Positions 14,177-28,368 are shown, counted from the first letter of the stretch. The stretch is 64,000 nucleotides of DNA from the human T2T-CHM13v2.0 reference genome, Homo sapiens (GCF_009914755.1 NC_060929.1); one strand, 5' to 3'. Notes: generated from the sequence alone by a model not told the origin. Numbers and translations are program-made.

Positions 14177-14319
14177 GGTCTGTATTTTTCCTATACCAGA
14201 TTCTCACAATATCCATACAAGTTTGTGAACATACGTAAGACCGTCTCTTCCCAAGATTGTAAGAAAAATATTATTTTAACTGCCTGTAACAACTGATTAT
14301 CACATTTTATGGAAATACT

Positions 14320-14735
14320 TTGTTCTTTATGCTTTGAATCATATTTTTCCTTCTGTTTAAAGTTATGGATTTATGACATTTTATCAAGTTCTTGTTATTA
14401 CCACTAATAACTTGCCTAAATGTAGGCTTTATTTGGCACCATTAAAATGCTAGCTCTACAATTCAGCTCTTACAAGCTATTGCTACTGCAGACAAAAATT
14501 AACATAACTTGCATTACATTACTATTCCAAATAATTATACTATTTGCCAATAGCATAAACATGAAGGAAAATATCCTTACTCTAGAAAAGGGTAATACCT
14601 TTTTGAGGAAACAACATTGACTTATTGTTGTGGCAATACCTATAGAAGATATAGGTTGATTTTTTATCTTGGCAACACCTAGGTATCTACAGCTTCACTA
14701 AGATTGATTACGTTCCTTATGTAGCACCTAAATTC
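14320..14735 (+). pseudogene. Degenerate retroviral env, SU portion
   Basis: NNLPKCRLY at 14406-14432 (two substitutions from CWLC); G*FFI..GN...YLQL...YVAPK-like segment at 14650-14733; stops and frameshifts. Confidence 0.55.
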
Positions 14736-14754
14736 TTTCTTTTTCTCTCTCTCC

Positions 14755-14808
<54 letters not shown>

Positions 14809-14823
14809 TTCCTTCCTTCCTTC

Positions 14824-14893
<70 letters not shown>

Positions 14894-15042
14894 GTCTCTC
14901 TCTTTCTTTCCTTCTTTCTTTCCTTTCTTTCTTTCCTTCCTTCCTTCCCTCCCTCCTTCCATCCCTCCCTCCCTCCTTCCTTCCCTCCGCCTGCCCACCC
15001 TCCCTCCTTTTTCTCTCTTTCTTTCTTTCTTTCTTTCTTTTT
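14735..15042. repeat. (TTTC)n/(TTCC)n/(TCCC)n polypyrimidine microsatellite
   Basis: About 300 bp of nearly pure pyrimidine repeats; expanded tail of the antisense AluJ. Confidence 0.97.
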
Positions 15043-15702
15043 TAAATTTTATTATTATTATACTTTAAGTTTTAGGGTACATGTGCACAATGTGCAGGTT
15101 CGTTACATATGTATACATGTGCCATGTTGGTGTGCTGCACCTATTAACTCGTCATTTAGCATTAGGTATATCTCCTAATGCTATCCCTCCCCCCTCCCTC
15201 CACCCCACAACAGTCCCCGATGTGTGATGTTCCCCTTCCTGTGTCCATGTGTTCTTATTGTTCAATTCCCACCTATGAGTGAGAACATGCGGTGTTTGGT
15301 TTTGTGTTCCTGTGATAGTTTGCTGAGAATGATGATTTCCAGTTTCATCCATGTTCCCACAAAGGACATGGACTCATCATTTTTTATGGCTGCATAGTAT
15401 TCCATGGTGTATATGTGATACATTTTCTTAATCCAGCCTATCATTGTTGGACATTTGGGTTGGTTCCAAGTCTTTGCTATTGTGAATAGTGCCGCAATAA
15501 ACATACATGTGCATGTGTCTTTATAGCAGCATGATTTATAACCCTTTGGGTATATACCCAGTAATGGGATGGCTGGGCCAAACGGTCTTTCTAGTTCTAG
15601 ATCCCTGAGGAATCACCACACTGACTTCCACAATGGTTGAACTAGTTTACAGTCCCACCAGCAGTGTAAAAGTGTTCCTATTTCTCCACATCCTCTCCAG
15701 CA
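15043..15702 (-). mobile_element. L1PA3/4-like 5'-truncated 3' end
   Basis: tatactttaagttttagggtacatgtgcacaa...attaactcgtcatttagcattaggtatatctcctaatg; near-intact ORF2 C-terminal peptide MFIAALFTIAKTWNQPKCP...SLIGGN. Confidence 0.95.
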
Positions 15703-15729
15703 TTTCTTTCTTTTCTTTCTTTCCTTCTT

Positions 15730-16028
15730 CTTTTTTAATTTTTTTGATTCAAGGTCTCCCTCTCTTGCTTAGACTGGAGTACAGTGGTGTGATTGTAGCT
15801 CACTGAGACTCCAACTTCTGGCTCAAGGAATTCTCCGCCTCAGCCTCCAGAGTAGCTGGACTACAGCCACAGGCCACCATGACTGGTTAATGTTTTAATG
15901 TTTTTTTTTTTGTGAAGTCTAGCTACATTGAGAGACCAGGCTATTCTCAAACTCTTGGCCTCAAGCAATACCCCCGCCTTAGCCTACCAAAGTGCTGGGA
16001 TTACAGATGTGAGCCACTGCTCCAGGCT
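15730..16028 (-). mobile_element. AluJ
   Basis: gattgtagctcactg...ggctcaagg...tcttggcctcaagcaa...gtgctgggattacagatgtgagccactg. Confidence 0.92.
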
Positions 16029-16029
16029 C

Positions 16030-16560
16030 CCTGAGTATTACAGGGAGTCTAAAGAAATATAAAATTTATTGGGGTGTAATAAATATCAAGTAGACAGATG
16101 AACCTAAGGACAGTGGTCCCATATGGAGGAGTTAACTTGAGCATCCTGAGCAACATAGTCTTCATTTTGGCTAACATCATACATAAGAGTTCTTTCCCTG
16201 GAAGCATATTAAGCTAGTTAAAATGCTTATTTTTAGATAATTAAATAACTTTGGATTTGTTCTGGCCAACCAGATGGATGTTTACACCATTGCTGGCACT
16301 TCTTGATCAATTTGGGTTAACACTAAATATCAGATGGAGCAATCTATGCTGAAAGAAAAAGCAATCTGATTGTTTTAGATAGATTGTTAGAGTGGTTGAG
16401 ACTTTTTTTCTGTCCAAGTTTTCTCGTTCACATTTGGGAAATACTAGGTTACGGTTTCAGATTTTTGGCAGTCTCATGATATTTTAGTTAAACTTGTTGA
16501 TACAATTGTTTTTTTAGATTGCTAAATGCTACTATGCAGGTACTGTCCTTACAAATGATT
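16030..16560 (+). pseudogene. Degenerate retroviral env, TM portion (fusion peptide, immunosuppressive domain, CX6CC region)
   Basis: Hand translation: LRTVVPYGGV (16104-), then LDN*ITLD/-1 frameshift/LANQMDVYTIAGTS*SIWVNTKYQMEQSMLKEKAI*L (16233-16372), matching the gamma-type pattern LDNRxALDxLLAxQGGVCAxANTSCCxWINT...KEKAxWL. Confidence 0.8.
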
Positions 16561-16655
16561 CAAAATGACTCAAAGATGAAAACAGGATGGAATCATGTTG
16601 CTCAACATGAGCACTGAAAATCGGTGAAACAATACTTTGTCTTCAAGAAGAATTG

Positions 16656-16896
16656 ATGATTCAAGAGACCTATTATACATCATGGTGACTATAGTTAATA
16701 AAAATACATTGTACATTTGAAAATTGCTAAAAGAGTATAAAGCCTCTCACCACACACAAAACATGGTAAGCATGTAAGACAATGCGTATATTTAACTTCT
16801 TGATTTAGCCATTCTATAACATATTCACACATCAAAACACCACGTTGTATACCATAAATATGTACAAATTTTATTTGTTAATTAAAACGTTTTTAA
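16656..16896 (+). mobile_element. L1MA (MA7-9-like) 3' end with TSD
   Basis: catggtgactatagttaata...aaattgctaaaagagta...accataaatatgtacaaattttatttg; aagaagaat on both sides. Confidence 0.88.
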
Positions 16897-16983
16897 AAGA
16901 AGAATCGGCAATAGTAATGAAAATCTGAATAAACTTTGTTGCTCTCTCATGCAGATTTTGTTGCACTGAGACCAGTGAGGGAT

Positions 16984-17720
<737 letters not shown>

Positions 17721-17899
17721 CCAAATCACATTTTTAGTATTATAAATTACTGTCAGAAATACAGAGACTTAGAGTATCATCTGATAACTCTCAAAGAGTG
17801 AAATTATCCTATTCCAAAATCAGTGTGTGCATTTACATATATGTATATTTAATAATTCCATATTGACTGTAACATTGTAATGATTTTATACTTAGTAAA

Positions 17900-18300
17900 T
17901 TTATTCATTCAACAAACACTATGTTATGTAGATTTTTTTGGTATAAAATATCCAGCTTAGTGCTGTGAAAAAGTCTTGCGTGAACAAGCCAGAGCCTTTT
18001 CTAGAGCATTACATTGCCAGTGAGAAAATTTAGGTCTAGCTTTCTCGGTGTTTACATAGGATGATGGTATATGCAAGGCTTTATTGGATGAAATCACAGC
18101 ATTTTAAAAATTTGTGAAATTACAAGAATATAACTCTGCCAATAATAAATTACTATTTTCTGGTGATATAATGACTACTTTAAGTGTTCTGAGGAAAAAT
18201 ATCAGTATGTGCTGAAGTGCTTAGGAAAAGATCTTAGATAGAACTTAAACTGGTTCCAGAAATGTAGTTGAACTTCAGCTGACGAAGAACGGGTGAGTGT
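17900..18300 (-). mobile_element. L2 3' fragments
   Basis: ttattcattcaacaaaca tail motif, gtgaacaag..., ctagagcattacatt. Confidence 0.55.
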
Positions 18301-19901
18301 ACAAGCCAGCTCAGACTAGTAGGACCTACCATGCTGCTAAGTCCTGTTCTAAAAGTAAGCCATGTGAGATTCCCATGTAGACAAACAGGACAGATCTCAG
18401 AAGAATCGCTGCATCTGTGATGTTTCTTTGGCTCATTATATATATGGACAAAACCACACCTTCTTTAAATATGAACCCCAGGGTAGGATCAGTTGTATTA
18501 GGAATTATTTTCAAAGTGCTCTAGTTCCTCTGTTATACGCCACAATGCACTTCATCCACTAATCTTGCAGAAACTATGGATTTTTGAAGGAGCCAAAGTT
18601 GAGCAGCAAAACACGATATGAATCTCCCTGACCAGGAACGTGAAGCAATGGCTCGATCCTCTACCGCATCATTATAGCATCAAACAATATATTCCACATT
18701 TTACCCAAATTCTATGTTTATCTTAATTCTTTATCCCAACCAAGAATCTTCAAAGCAGATTTAATGTCACTTTCTTTTTTCTAACTCTGGACATAATTTT
18801 TATCTAACTCATTTGTGCTCTATGTTTAGCCCTTTGATTTTCATAACATATTAGGCTATATAAGAAATATATATAGCATTTCATGGCAAGACTATTCAAG
18901 ACTTCTTCCCATTGCTTCTTTTCTTTTTCACTTGATTTTATATTTTTCTGTAAATAATTTGTATGTTCTGTTGGATTTTGAAGAGAAACTCTTTACAAAG
19001 TTCTGGAGTTCTGTTAAGAGGGATATTTGCTACTGAGCTTGTATCTAACACCCCTGGACAAGCCAGATAACAAGGACTGCTTCTGCTGTTTAAAATGCCA
19101 GTCAGTCCTTCACCTCTCACCACCCTTCAGTATGAAGTATCTCCAGCATTGTCTCCATCCTTACCCTGAGGAGTTGACCTACTTATATGTACTTTGAAAA
19201 AATATACTTCAGGTTCATATATTGTTATTAAAAGCTAAACATAATAAATCATTCAACTATGCAATTTCCAGGCTACTGATTCTTTGCACAGTTTATTTGT
19301 GTTCAGGCATCTTATAATTTAGAAGAAGAAAAGATAAAACTCTTCACTGCAGAAGTTGCAGAGGATAAATTTTAACTCTGGGATAAAAATGGGTGTAATA
19401 ATTTTTTTCCACATTGACTGCTATCGTGAATTTCAATTGCAATATAGCATATAAATAATAAGAAGGTAATACCTCATAGATTTTATTATTAGACTTCTGA
19501 TACTAGGTAAATCTTAAAGCTATTTAGTGTTGATGTTCACAGTGTTTCAATATTGGTTAAATAATACTTTAGATGCGTTTGTAACTTAAGACACTTCTTA
19601 TCTATGTTCTGTTTTAATTCTCACAGTATGTGTTTGAGTGTTGATAATTTTATTTTTTTAAAAGAATGAATACATTCACTGAATTTCAGTAATCACATAT
19701 CTTGCAAATGATTATACTGAGAATAATCCAGATTCTATTTTAGTCTCAGTGCTTGGCCACATAGGTCTTTTTAAGAAACATAATAAGTAGTAAAAAAAAA
19801 AAAAGGAATTCTAGAGGATAGCTTTAAGAGATCATGAATTTTAAAGAAAATATTTTCAGGAGGCAAGAAAGGAACAGATAGGGGTTAAGAAACAATCAAA
19901 G

Positions 19902-20240
19902 TGCCGAGTGCGGTGGCTCACACCTGTAATCCCAGCACTTTGGGAGGCCAAGACTGGCAGATCTCCTGAGGTCAGGAGTCCGAGACCAGCCTGACTAACA
20001 AGGTGAAACCCCGTCTCTACTAAAAATACAAAAATTAGATGGGCGTGGTGGCAGATGCCTGTAATCCCAGCTTGGGAGGCTGAGGCAGGAGAATCGCTGG
20101 AACGTGAGAGGCAGAGGTTGCAGTGAGCCAAGATCGCTCCACTGCACTCAAGCCTGGGTGGCAGATCAAGACTCTATCTCGAAAAAAAAAAAAAAAAGAA
20201 ACCAAAAAAAAAAAGAAAGGAAAGAAAGAACCAAAGAAAA
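19902..20240 (+). mobile_element. AluSx/Sq-like with long mixed A tail
   Basis: gccgagtgcggtggctcacacctgtaatcccagcactttgggagg...cctgaggtcaggag...polyA. Confidence 0.95.
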
Positions 20241-21597
20241 ATAAAAATTTTTTAATCAAACAATTTAAGAGGGGAAAAACACTATAATAATTTTCTTAAA
20301 GTGAGAAAAAAGCAATTAGAAAATGATCTAGAAAAGAAAGTTGGCTTCTTTTTCTCTCTCTAATTAGATGTTGCAAAAAAAATTCCATTTGTGATAACAA
20401 TAAAAAGCTATTCAATCCTCTGAAACTTATTTACCAAGAAACATGTAATAACTTACCATGACAGAAAAGTTAAAATTTTGAGAGACCATGAAAGGTTTCC
20501 TAAATAACTAGAAATGTAGAAAACGTCACTAAGAGCAAAGATCAGATATAGCCATAAAGAAAAGAAACACCATAACATCTGTCTAAAATAACCTTAAAGA
20601 TTACATGAAAAATTAAGACACCAGTGGGAATTATCACTATAGCATATAGTGTTTAGAAAGAGTAGAGACTCTCCAGCTTCAGATTAGAGAGATTTTTGAA
20701 AGGGTGTTTTAATAAGTCTGAATTTTAAGGAAAATGTTTTATTTCTAGTTCTATGGTAGGCCAGCATACCAAACATTGCATTGCAAATAATAACATAATT
20801 TGATGATATTTTCAACAAAAAGGGGAAGAAGGGACTTTTGCCATCCTCAAATGTTCATCCCTGTGCCTTTTTGTTTTTTGCTTATTTTATTTTCTTCCAG
20901 ACATTCAGTACATGCAGGTTCTAAATTTGTTTATAGTACTGAGTTTAAACTCATCAGTGTCTCCCATGTAACATTTATTTAAACTTTAAAGGAGACAAAT
21001 TATTGACTAGAGAGTATGGTACTCTAAAAATGGAAATTTGGTGTCTTAGTAATATTTCTTAGAACAAAGGATTCTTACTGGCACCCTCCAAATGAAATGA
21101 ATCATTATGTGACTGCATCTCTTCATAGTAATCCAACTCCTGATATTATCTGATACAAACCCCTTGACTTTCTCATGATATTATGGTACAAACAACCTTA
21201 CATTTGATTTTTAATGTTATTTCAGTCACCATGCAGAAATAAACTTGCTAATGTTATGGCTGGGGTTAACGTTAGAGCTGAATCTGCAGTCTCAGAGCCA
21301 ACCTCTTCAAACTTTGAATAAATTTGCCTCAACATTGAGTGCTATAATGCTCTATTGTTTTCCTGAAGGAAGGAAAAAAGTAAAACTCTGACTTCAGTGC
21401 TACACAGCCAGCGGCCTCTGTAAGAGAGTGCCTTCATGGGGACTTGCTTAATGTGATACCGGTATTGTGCTGCCAGGCTGAGCTCAACTGAGGCTAAGAA
21501 AAGATCAATAGGAAGTTTAATATTGCCGAAGTGGAAAGTTTTTATTTTCTAGCTCCAGGAGCATTTGCCAAAGGGAAACATTCTAATAAGAATTAAT

Positions 21598-21667
21598 TCA
21601 GAACATCATATATACCCCCCAAGTATAATATACACGTATTATGTACCTTTAAAAATTAAAAAAGAAA
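21598..21667 (+). mobile_element. Tiny L1MA-type 3' terminus
   Basis: aacatcatatatacccc...tattatgtacctttaaaaattaaaaaag. Confidence 0.6.
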
Positions 21668-22579
21668 ATGATCACAATAGCCAAAAATTTGCTGAAGTAG
21701 AGTTTAAATTCCAGCTTTTCCCAGGTGGTTCCCCATTATTCTACCTGAAGCCCTAGGCAGGATGATAGCCTGGGTCATGAGGACCTGAAGAAAGAGGAGG
21801 ATTAAACAACGCCAGCTCAGGGATCCTGGTCACCTGCAGATTTTATGTAGCTTTGCAGCAGGTGACTCCTGGACATCCCCAAACACAGTAAGAAATCGAG
21901 TTGTGTTCTCTCTGTTTAAAAATCATTTTGTTTTCTCTCTTTTTAGTTTAACTGACATTATTTAATTGATGCTACATTTGTTCTTATTGCCTAAAATAGT
22001 GTTTTTCAAATAGGAATGGTTTTAATATAATTTCCATGAATATATTATTTCTACTTCAAGTCTGTTTCTTCTAGAATTAGAAGGTATAAGTACTTTATTT
22101 ATATTAAAACTAAAAGTTTACTATATGTAGGCCATAATTGAAGTTTGACATGACTGGTTAAGATGTGTGAAACAATAAAGACCATAAGCAATGAGATTTA
22201 TTAAAAGGAATAAATTGATTTTAGTGCTTATTTGTTGGAGAGACTATCGGCATTTATGTCTTATGGACTTAGGTTCTTTGGAGACTTTGAAAGAAGTATA
22301 GGTGACACATCTTTACCTTTGAATTTCATTTTTTGGCTTTATAGTTATTAAATTAAAAACTATGAACAGAAAATAAAACTTGTAAATTAAAATATGTGTG
22401 TATATACATATGTATATATACACATAAAATAACACATAGCTATTTTAATTTAATACCTATACAATTCAATGTATATATAATCTTCTAAATTAAAAGAAAA
22501 CCCACAAACTGATTAACATAAGCCTTTTTGATGTATAATTACTATATTTAAATTTTTATGTATATTTCGCTTGGTTATT

Positions 22580-23460
22580 ATATTTTTTGTTACAATGAAA
22601 TTCACAGAAAATAAAATCAGCAATTTTAAATGGGACAATTCAGTGGCATTTAGTACATTCACTATTTTATGTAACCAATACCTCTGCCTAGTTCCGAAAT
22701 ATTTTCATCTCTACAAAAGAAACCCCTATATACATTAAACAGTTATTACCCTTGCCTTCTTCCCCTAGTCCCTGGGAACCACCCACCTGTTTTCTGATTG
22801 ACCCATTTTTGATATTTCATAAAAATGAAATCATGTAAGATGGGACTTTTCGTGTCTGGCTTCTTTCACTTAGCGTCATGCTTTCAAGGTTCATCTGTGT
22901 TGTAATGTGTATAAGTACTTCATTCCTTTTATGGTTGTATTGCGTAACACCATTTGTTTATTCCCATGTTGATGGACATTTGGTTTGTTTCCACCTTTTG
23001 GCTATTGTGAATAATGCTGCTGTAAACGTTTGTATACAAATATCTGTTTGAGTGTCTGTTCTTAATGCTTTTGGATATATATCTAGAAGTAGAATTGCTG
23101 GGACATATAATTCTGTGTGTGACATTTCAAGAAGCCTCCAAACAAATTTTTATAGCAGTTGAGCCATTTTACATACTTAGCAACATTTTAGGAATTCTTT
23201 TTCTCCATATCCTTGCCAACACTTGTTATTTACCTTTTTTAGAAAAGTTGCTGCTATTCTAGTGGGAGTGAAGAGGTATCTTATTGTGCTTTTGATTTGA
23301 ATTTCCCTAATGACTAATTACATTGGGCATCATTTCATGTACTTTTTGGCAACATGTATATCTTCTCTGGAGACATATTTATTCAAGTTTTGTCCATTTT
23401 TAAATTGTGCTGTTTCATTGTTGAATTGCAATAATTTTTTATATTTTCTATATACTAGGC
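22580..23460 (-). mobile_element. L1MB-like 3' end
   Basis: acaattcagtggcatttagtacattcac...gtctggcttctttcacttagc...gatggacatttggtttgtttccaccttttggctattgtgaataatgctgct. Confidence 0.9.
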
Positions 23461-24044
23461 AGTTGTTATTATTTTAGTAAATATTATTTAATTCTTTCAA
23501 CTAGTAGCTTCATTTGCAAACTTGTGGTTTTCATTTAAGTCATTTTAGTATGGTATATTCTGTTAATATCTTTAATAATTTATTGTGAATGTTATTAATA
23601 TAGGAGTACTTGATTTGAGATAGAATTTGAGTTAATTTGTATGAGAATTAAATTCTATAAGGTTTTGCTAACTATGGAAAGATTATGGTTGGATATTCCC
23701 TGCTTAAAGAGGCAGACAAATTAGATAATATTTATGGAATTATGTTTTCAATTATCTATTTCTGTTTTCTTAGTATATTTTTCATCAGTGAAATTGTATA
23801 CCTGCTTCTAGCAAAATAATGATGGTTGAATGAGTAGGTGAATGACTGGGAGGATGAAATACTAATAAAAATCTCTTAAATATATTATGCGTGTCTTTGA
23901 GAAGTTCTACAAATAACTTTCTTATTCTACTGGACTTACTATTTTTTTTTTTTTGCCAAAGTTGTTACCCATGAACATTTAAAAATAACTTACCTAATGT
24001 TATGACTATGACATTGTACGTATATAAAGATATATTTTAAATGG

Positions 24045-25571
24045 CAAACCATCCTTTTATCCCAATAATAATGCCCACTTGATTGTGGTGAATTAAATTT
24101 TTGATGTGCTGCTGCACTCAGTTTGCTTTGTTGAGGAATTTTGAGTCTAGGTGTATAAGAGATATTGGCCTATAGTTTCATTGTTGTTGTTGTTGTTGTG
24201 TCTTTGCCAGATTTGGTATCAGGATGATACTAGTTTCATAGAATGAGTTAGGAAGGAATCTCTCCTCTATTTTTTGAAATATTTTAAGTAGGATTGGCAC
24301 CAGCTTTCCTTTGTACACCTGGTAGAATTCAGCTGGGAATCTATCTGGTTCAGGGCTTTTTTGGTTAGTAGGTTTTTTATTAATGACTCTGTTCAGGATT
24401 TCTGTATCTTCATGGTTCAATCATGGAAGGGTGTATATTTCCAGGAATTCATCCATTTTCTATAGGTGATCTAGTTTGTGTGCATGGAGATGTTCATAGT
24501 AGGCTTTGAAGATCTTTTGTATTTCTGTGAGATCAGTTGTGTGTTACCTTTGTCACTTCTGGTTGTTCTTATCTGGATATTCTTTTTTTCTTTGTCAATT
24601 TAGCTAGTGATCAATAGATCTTGTTTATCCTTTTAAATAACCAATTTTTCATTTTTTTAATCTTTTGTATGGTATTTTGGGGTCTCAATTTCATTTAATT
24701 CTGCTCTGATTTTAATTATTTCCTTCCTTCTTCTAGCTTTAGGTTTAGTTTGTTCTTATTTTTTGAATTTCTTTAGATATAAAGTTAGGTTGTTAATTTG
24801 AGATCTTTCTCCTTGATGTAAGTATCTAGCACTGCAAACATTCCTCTTAATATTGTTTTTGTCAAATCTTAGACGTTTTGTATGTTGTGTCTCTATTTTC
24901 ATTTGTTTCAATTTTTTTTTTAATTTCTGCCTTAATTTCATTGTTTACCAAGAAGTCATTCAAGTACATGTATTCCTGTGATTTTTGAGAGTTCTTCTTG
25001 GTATTGATTTCCATTTTTATTGCATGTGGTCCATGAAGATGGATGGTACAATTTTAATTTTTTGAATTTGAGACTTGCTTTATGACTGAGCATGTGGTCA
25101 GGCTTAGAGTATATTCCATGTACAGATGAGAAGAATGTACATTCTGTGATGGATAAGTTGAGTATCTGTATATACTGTAGATGTCTATTAGGTACAGCTA
25201 GTCAAATGTTGAATTTAAGTCCAGAATTTCTTTCTTAGTTTTCTGCCTCGACGTCTAATGCTATCAGCAGGCTGTTGAAATACTATGATATTATTGTGTT
25301 GCTGTCAAATTGTTTTCATGGGCCTAGAAGTAATTGTTTTATAAATCTCGGTGTTCCAATGTTGGGTGCATATACATTTAGGATAATTAAGACTTCTTGT
25401 TGAGTTGAACCCTTTATGTAATGCCCTCCTTTATCTTTTTTTACTGCTACTGCTTTATATATTAATAATGACTCTTACTCATTTTTGTTTTCTTTTTGCA
25501 TGGTAGATCTTTATTCCTTTATTTTGAACCAATGGGTATCATTATATGTGAGATGGGTTTTTTGAAGCTGC
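24045..25571 (-). mobile_element. L1 ORF2 fragment (EN to start of RT), degenerate
   Basis: ORF-track peptide [30 protein letters not shown]...[14 protein letters not shown] (L1 ORF2); antisense EN motif gttccaatgttgggtgcatatac. Confidence 0.92.
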
Positions 25572-28070
25572 TTTTCTTTTTTTTTTTCATATAGAAAATC
25601 AAATTTGTGCTTCTTTTAAAATTTTTGAATAGATGTAAATATAATATGATTGACTGGAAAGCCTTTTTGTGTTTTAGAATTCCCCAAATTATATACTTTC
25701 TTAAAGTATGACCTATGCAGAGATTTAGATCTCTTTCACCAGGAATATCAATGAAAATGCCCAAACAGGAGTTAGGATGAAGTAATACTTTACAAGAAGT
25801 ATGTGTTGTAGAAAATTATCTTTTGGGTAAACTTCTGAAATATATCTGGAAATACTAAGATTAGTGCAAGTGAATAATTAAGAGTTAATTTTGTATATAG
25901 TTTACTAAAAAGCTCATAAATAAATTGTCTTTCACTGTAAATTAAACTACATCATGTTGAGAAATATCAGAGCAAAATTTGGTTTTATATAACTTATTTA
26001 AAAAACTCAATTAAGCAACTTGCTATTACAAAGCATGTTGTTGAAACACCACAAGAGTTAAAAACCAAAGGAAAGAAAATATCCATGATATACCCAAATC
26101 ATAAAGGATTCTCATACGTGCAGAAAGAAAAGAAAAATGTGATTAGGTTCAGACTCAGATATGTTTGTCATAGTGAAAGTTTAGTGAAACTGATCAATCG
26201 AGAGTGAGACTGATATTGGATAAAGTAAGATTTTGAAAAAGATTCATCAGAGTTGAAGAAGAGGTGATTAATCCTAGGTAAATATTAAACCTAGGGCTTC
26301 ATCCAATAAATCGTTATATTGTCATTCATTTCTTAGTAAATAACAGTTATTTGAAAATTGTAATGCTTCTGGTACTGTTTATACTTATATTTTTAGATAT
26401 AATGGAAATTCAAGGAAGTTTCCAAGAATTTTTCTTAATAAACTGGCTCTCTGCATGTGTGCTAAATATATGGCTTTTATGATTCACTGTTAAACACAGA
26501 GGCAAAAGCCAATGGCCTTCTGTGTGCCTTTTCTTTAAGCAAAATTTTTAGTTGGACACTTTTCTTGCATTTTTGCTTCACAAGGTATAGTCTTCTGATA
26601 AGTATGCTCCTTCTTTGAAGAAATTCACACTGCTGACCTTGCAGTCTTCTGCTGTGGAAGGGCTGCCACTGGCAACTGCAGACTAATACTAGCTCAAACC
26701 TCGTTGTTTTTGATTAAGGTCTTGAGGTTAGAAAAATGTAATTTGTACCCTACAAGGTAGAATAGAAAGAACATGACAGCAATTAATCCTTTTCTTGCTG
26801 ATAAGAATGATAAAATACCCCCTGTTGCCTACAATATCTTTGTTAATATTCCAAAAGACAAATTTTTCTTCATGTTTATTTATAAATAACTATTTTTCAT
26901 AACTTTTAAGTGTTTAATATAAAACTTTATTAAGCACTTTGAAAGACCAGGAACATGTCAATATTATTTTTGCAAGAGTTATTTGTGAAAACTGAAATGA
27001 TTATGTATAATGAAACATAATTTTAATGAAACATAACCCCCCTATACATGTATATAAAAATGGCAAATATATTTTTGCAGGTCCATTGTGTATTACAAAT
27101 TTGGTAAGTTCAGGAATTCCAATAAAGAGCAAATCAATCTGATACAGTGAAGCTATTAGCATATTTAATTTAAAAGTCATCATTTTACCTAGATTTTTAA
27201 ACTTAGTGTGTTTATGTGTTGTTAGCTTCACTTACCTATGTTACTCTCAGGTCTCACCAATTTGGTTTCAGTGTAAATTATCTAAACTTTATTAATTAGA
27301 AAATGCTTTGTATGGCCTCTGGTCTGGCAAAGTGGAGGAATTACAGGTACTAAAATAATGACATATTCCACTTTTCTCTAATCTACCTGTATGTTCCAAT
27401 CAAACTCAACACTCAATGATATATGCAATTCAAAAAAATGTGCAATTATTGAACAAAGAAGGACAATTAAAGAAGAAGCGCCAAGGTTAACATACCCCAA
27501 TAATTCTGCTCTTGGCAAGATATAAATATTTTGGGGACATGACAAGGGCATTCTCTTTGGATGTATATGACTGATAACAAAATCTCTGTGAGTACATTTA
27601 TTGCTCATAAATTTCTTGTGATTGTTAACCATCAAACTTCTTGTACCAGAAGAAGCCAAAGAGATCATTTTGAATGTCCGAATACTTCACAGAAATGAAG
27701 GATTTCACTAATCACTGTGGGCCAAACACATGACAGGAGCTCTGTCTTACAGCTTTTAAATTACACGATTCACATTTTTCTATCTCCTCAATGACTATTG
27801 CATCATATGTGGAATATAATCCCCCGTAACTTATTAATGTCTAAGATCTGCTCAGAAAAATTAAAGATTATTGTGAGTTAAACAGATGTAACCTGTTTTG
27901 GAGCAAACTGTGATTTAAAACATAAAAGAAAATCTCAAAACTGAAGGACGATCCTAAAACTAGGAATTGAAATATTCCTATAGCTTACTATTCTTGATAA
28001 ATTTAAGTGTTTCTTCTCTTTCACCATAGTATTTTTTCATTTTTTTAGTATTGTTGCAGTTATGATTTCT

Positions 28071-28156
28071 TTTTATTATTATTATTATTATTAGTATTAG
28101 TATTATGATGATACTTTAAGTTTTAGGGTACATGTGCACAGCGTGCAGGTTTGTTA
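28071..28156 (-). mobile_element. Extremely 5'-truncated L1PA 3' tip with (TTA)n tail
   Basis: atactttaagttttagggtacatgtgcacagcgtgcaggtttgttacatatgtatacatgtgccat. Confidence 0.9.
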
Positions 28157-28202
28157 CATATGTATACATGTGCCATATTGTATTTTTAATTCATAAACTC
28201 AT

Positions 28203-28368
28203 TGCTATGTACTTAATTGTGTCTCTGCAAAATGTATATAATGAAGCTCTAATCCCCAGTGTGATAGTATTTGGAGATGGAACATTTTGGAGGTAAGTAG
28301 GGATAGATGGCACAATGGAGTGGGGCCCTCATGATGGAATTAATGGCTTTAAAATAAAAGGAAGAGAA

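Larger units (their letters stand above)
10961..16983 (+). mobile_element. Internal region of ancient ERV1-like provirus, interrupted by many later insertions
   Basis: Lies between the paired LTRs; env-like segments at 14320-14735 and 16030-16560; PPT-like accagtgagggat immediately before TG at 16984; weak gag-like piece near 12235-12345. Confidence 0.7.

Noticed and set aside
22393-22426. 34-bp near-palindrome tatgtgtgtatatacatatgtatatatacacata
   Set aside because: Alternating TA/TG/CA low-complexity sequence is self-complementary by composition
27236-27668. Minus-strand donor TAG|GTAAGT and adjacent 96-aa ORF
   Set aside because: No convincing acceptor and no recognisable protein similarity
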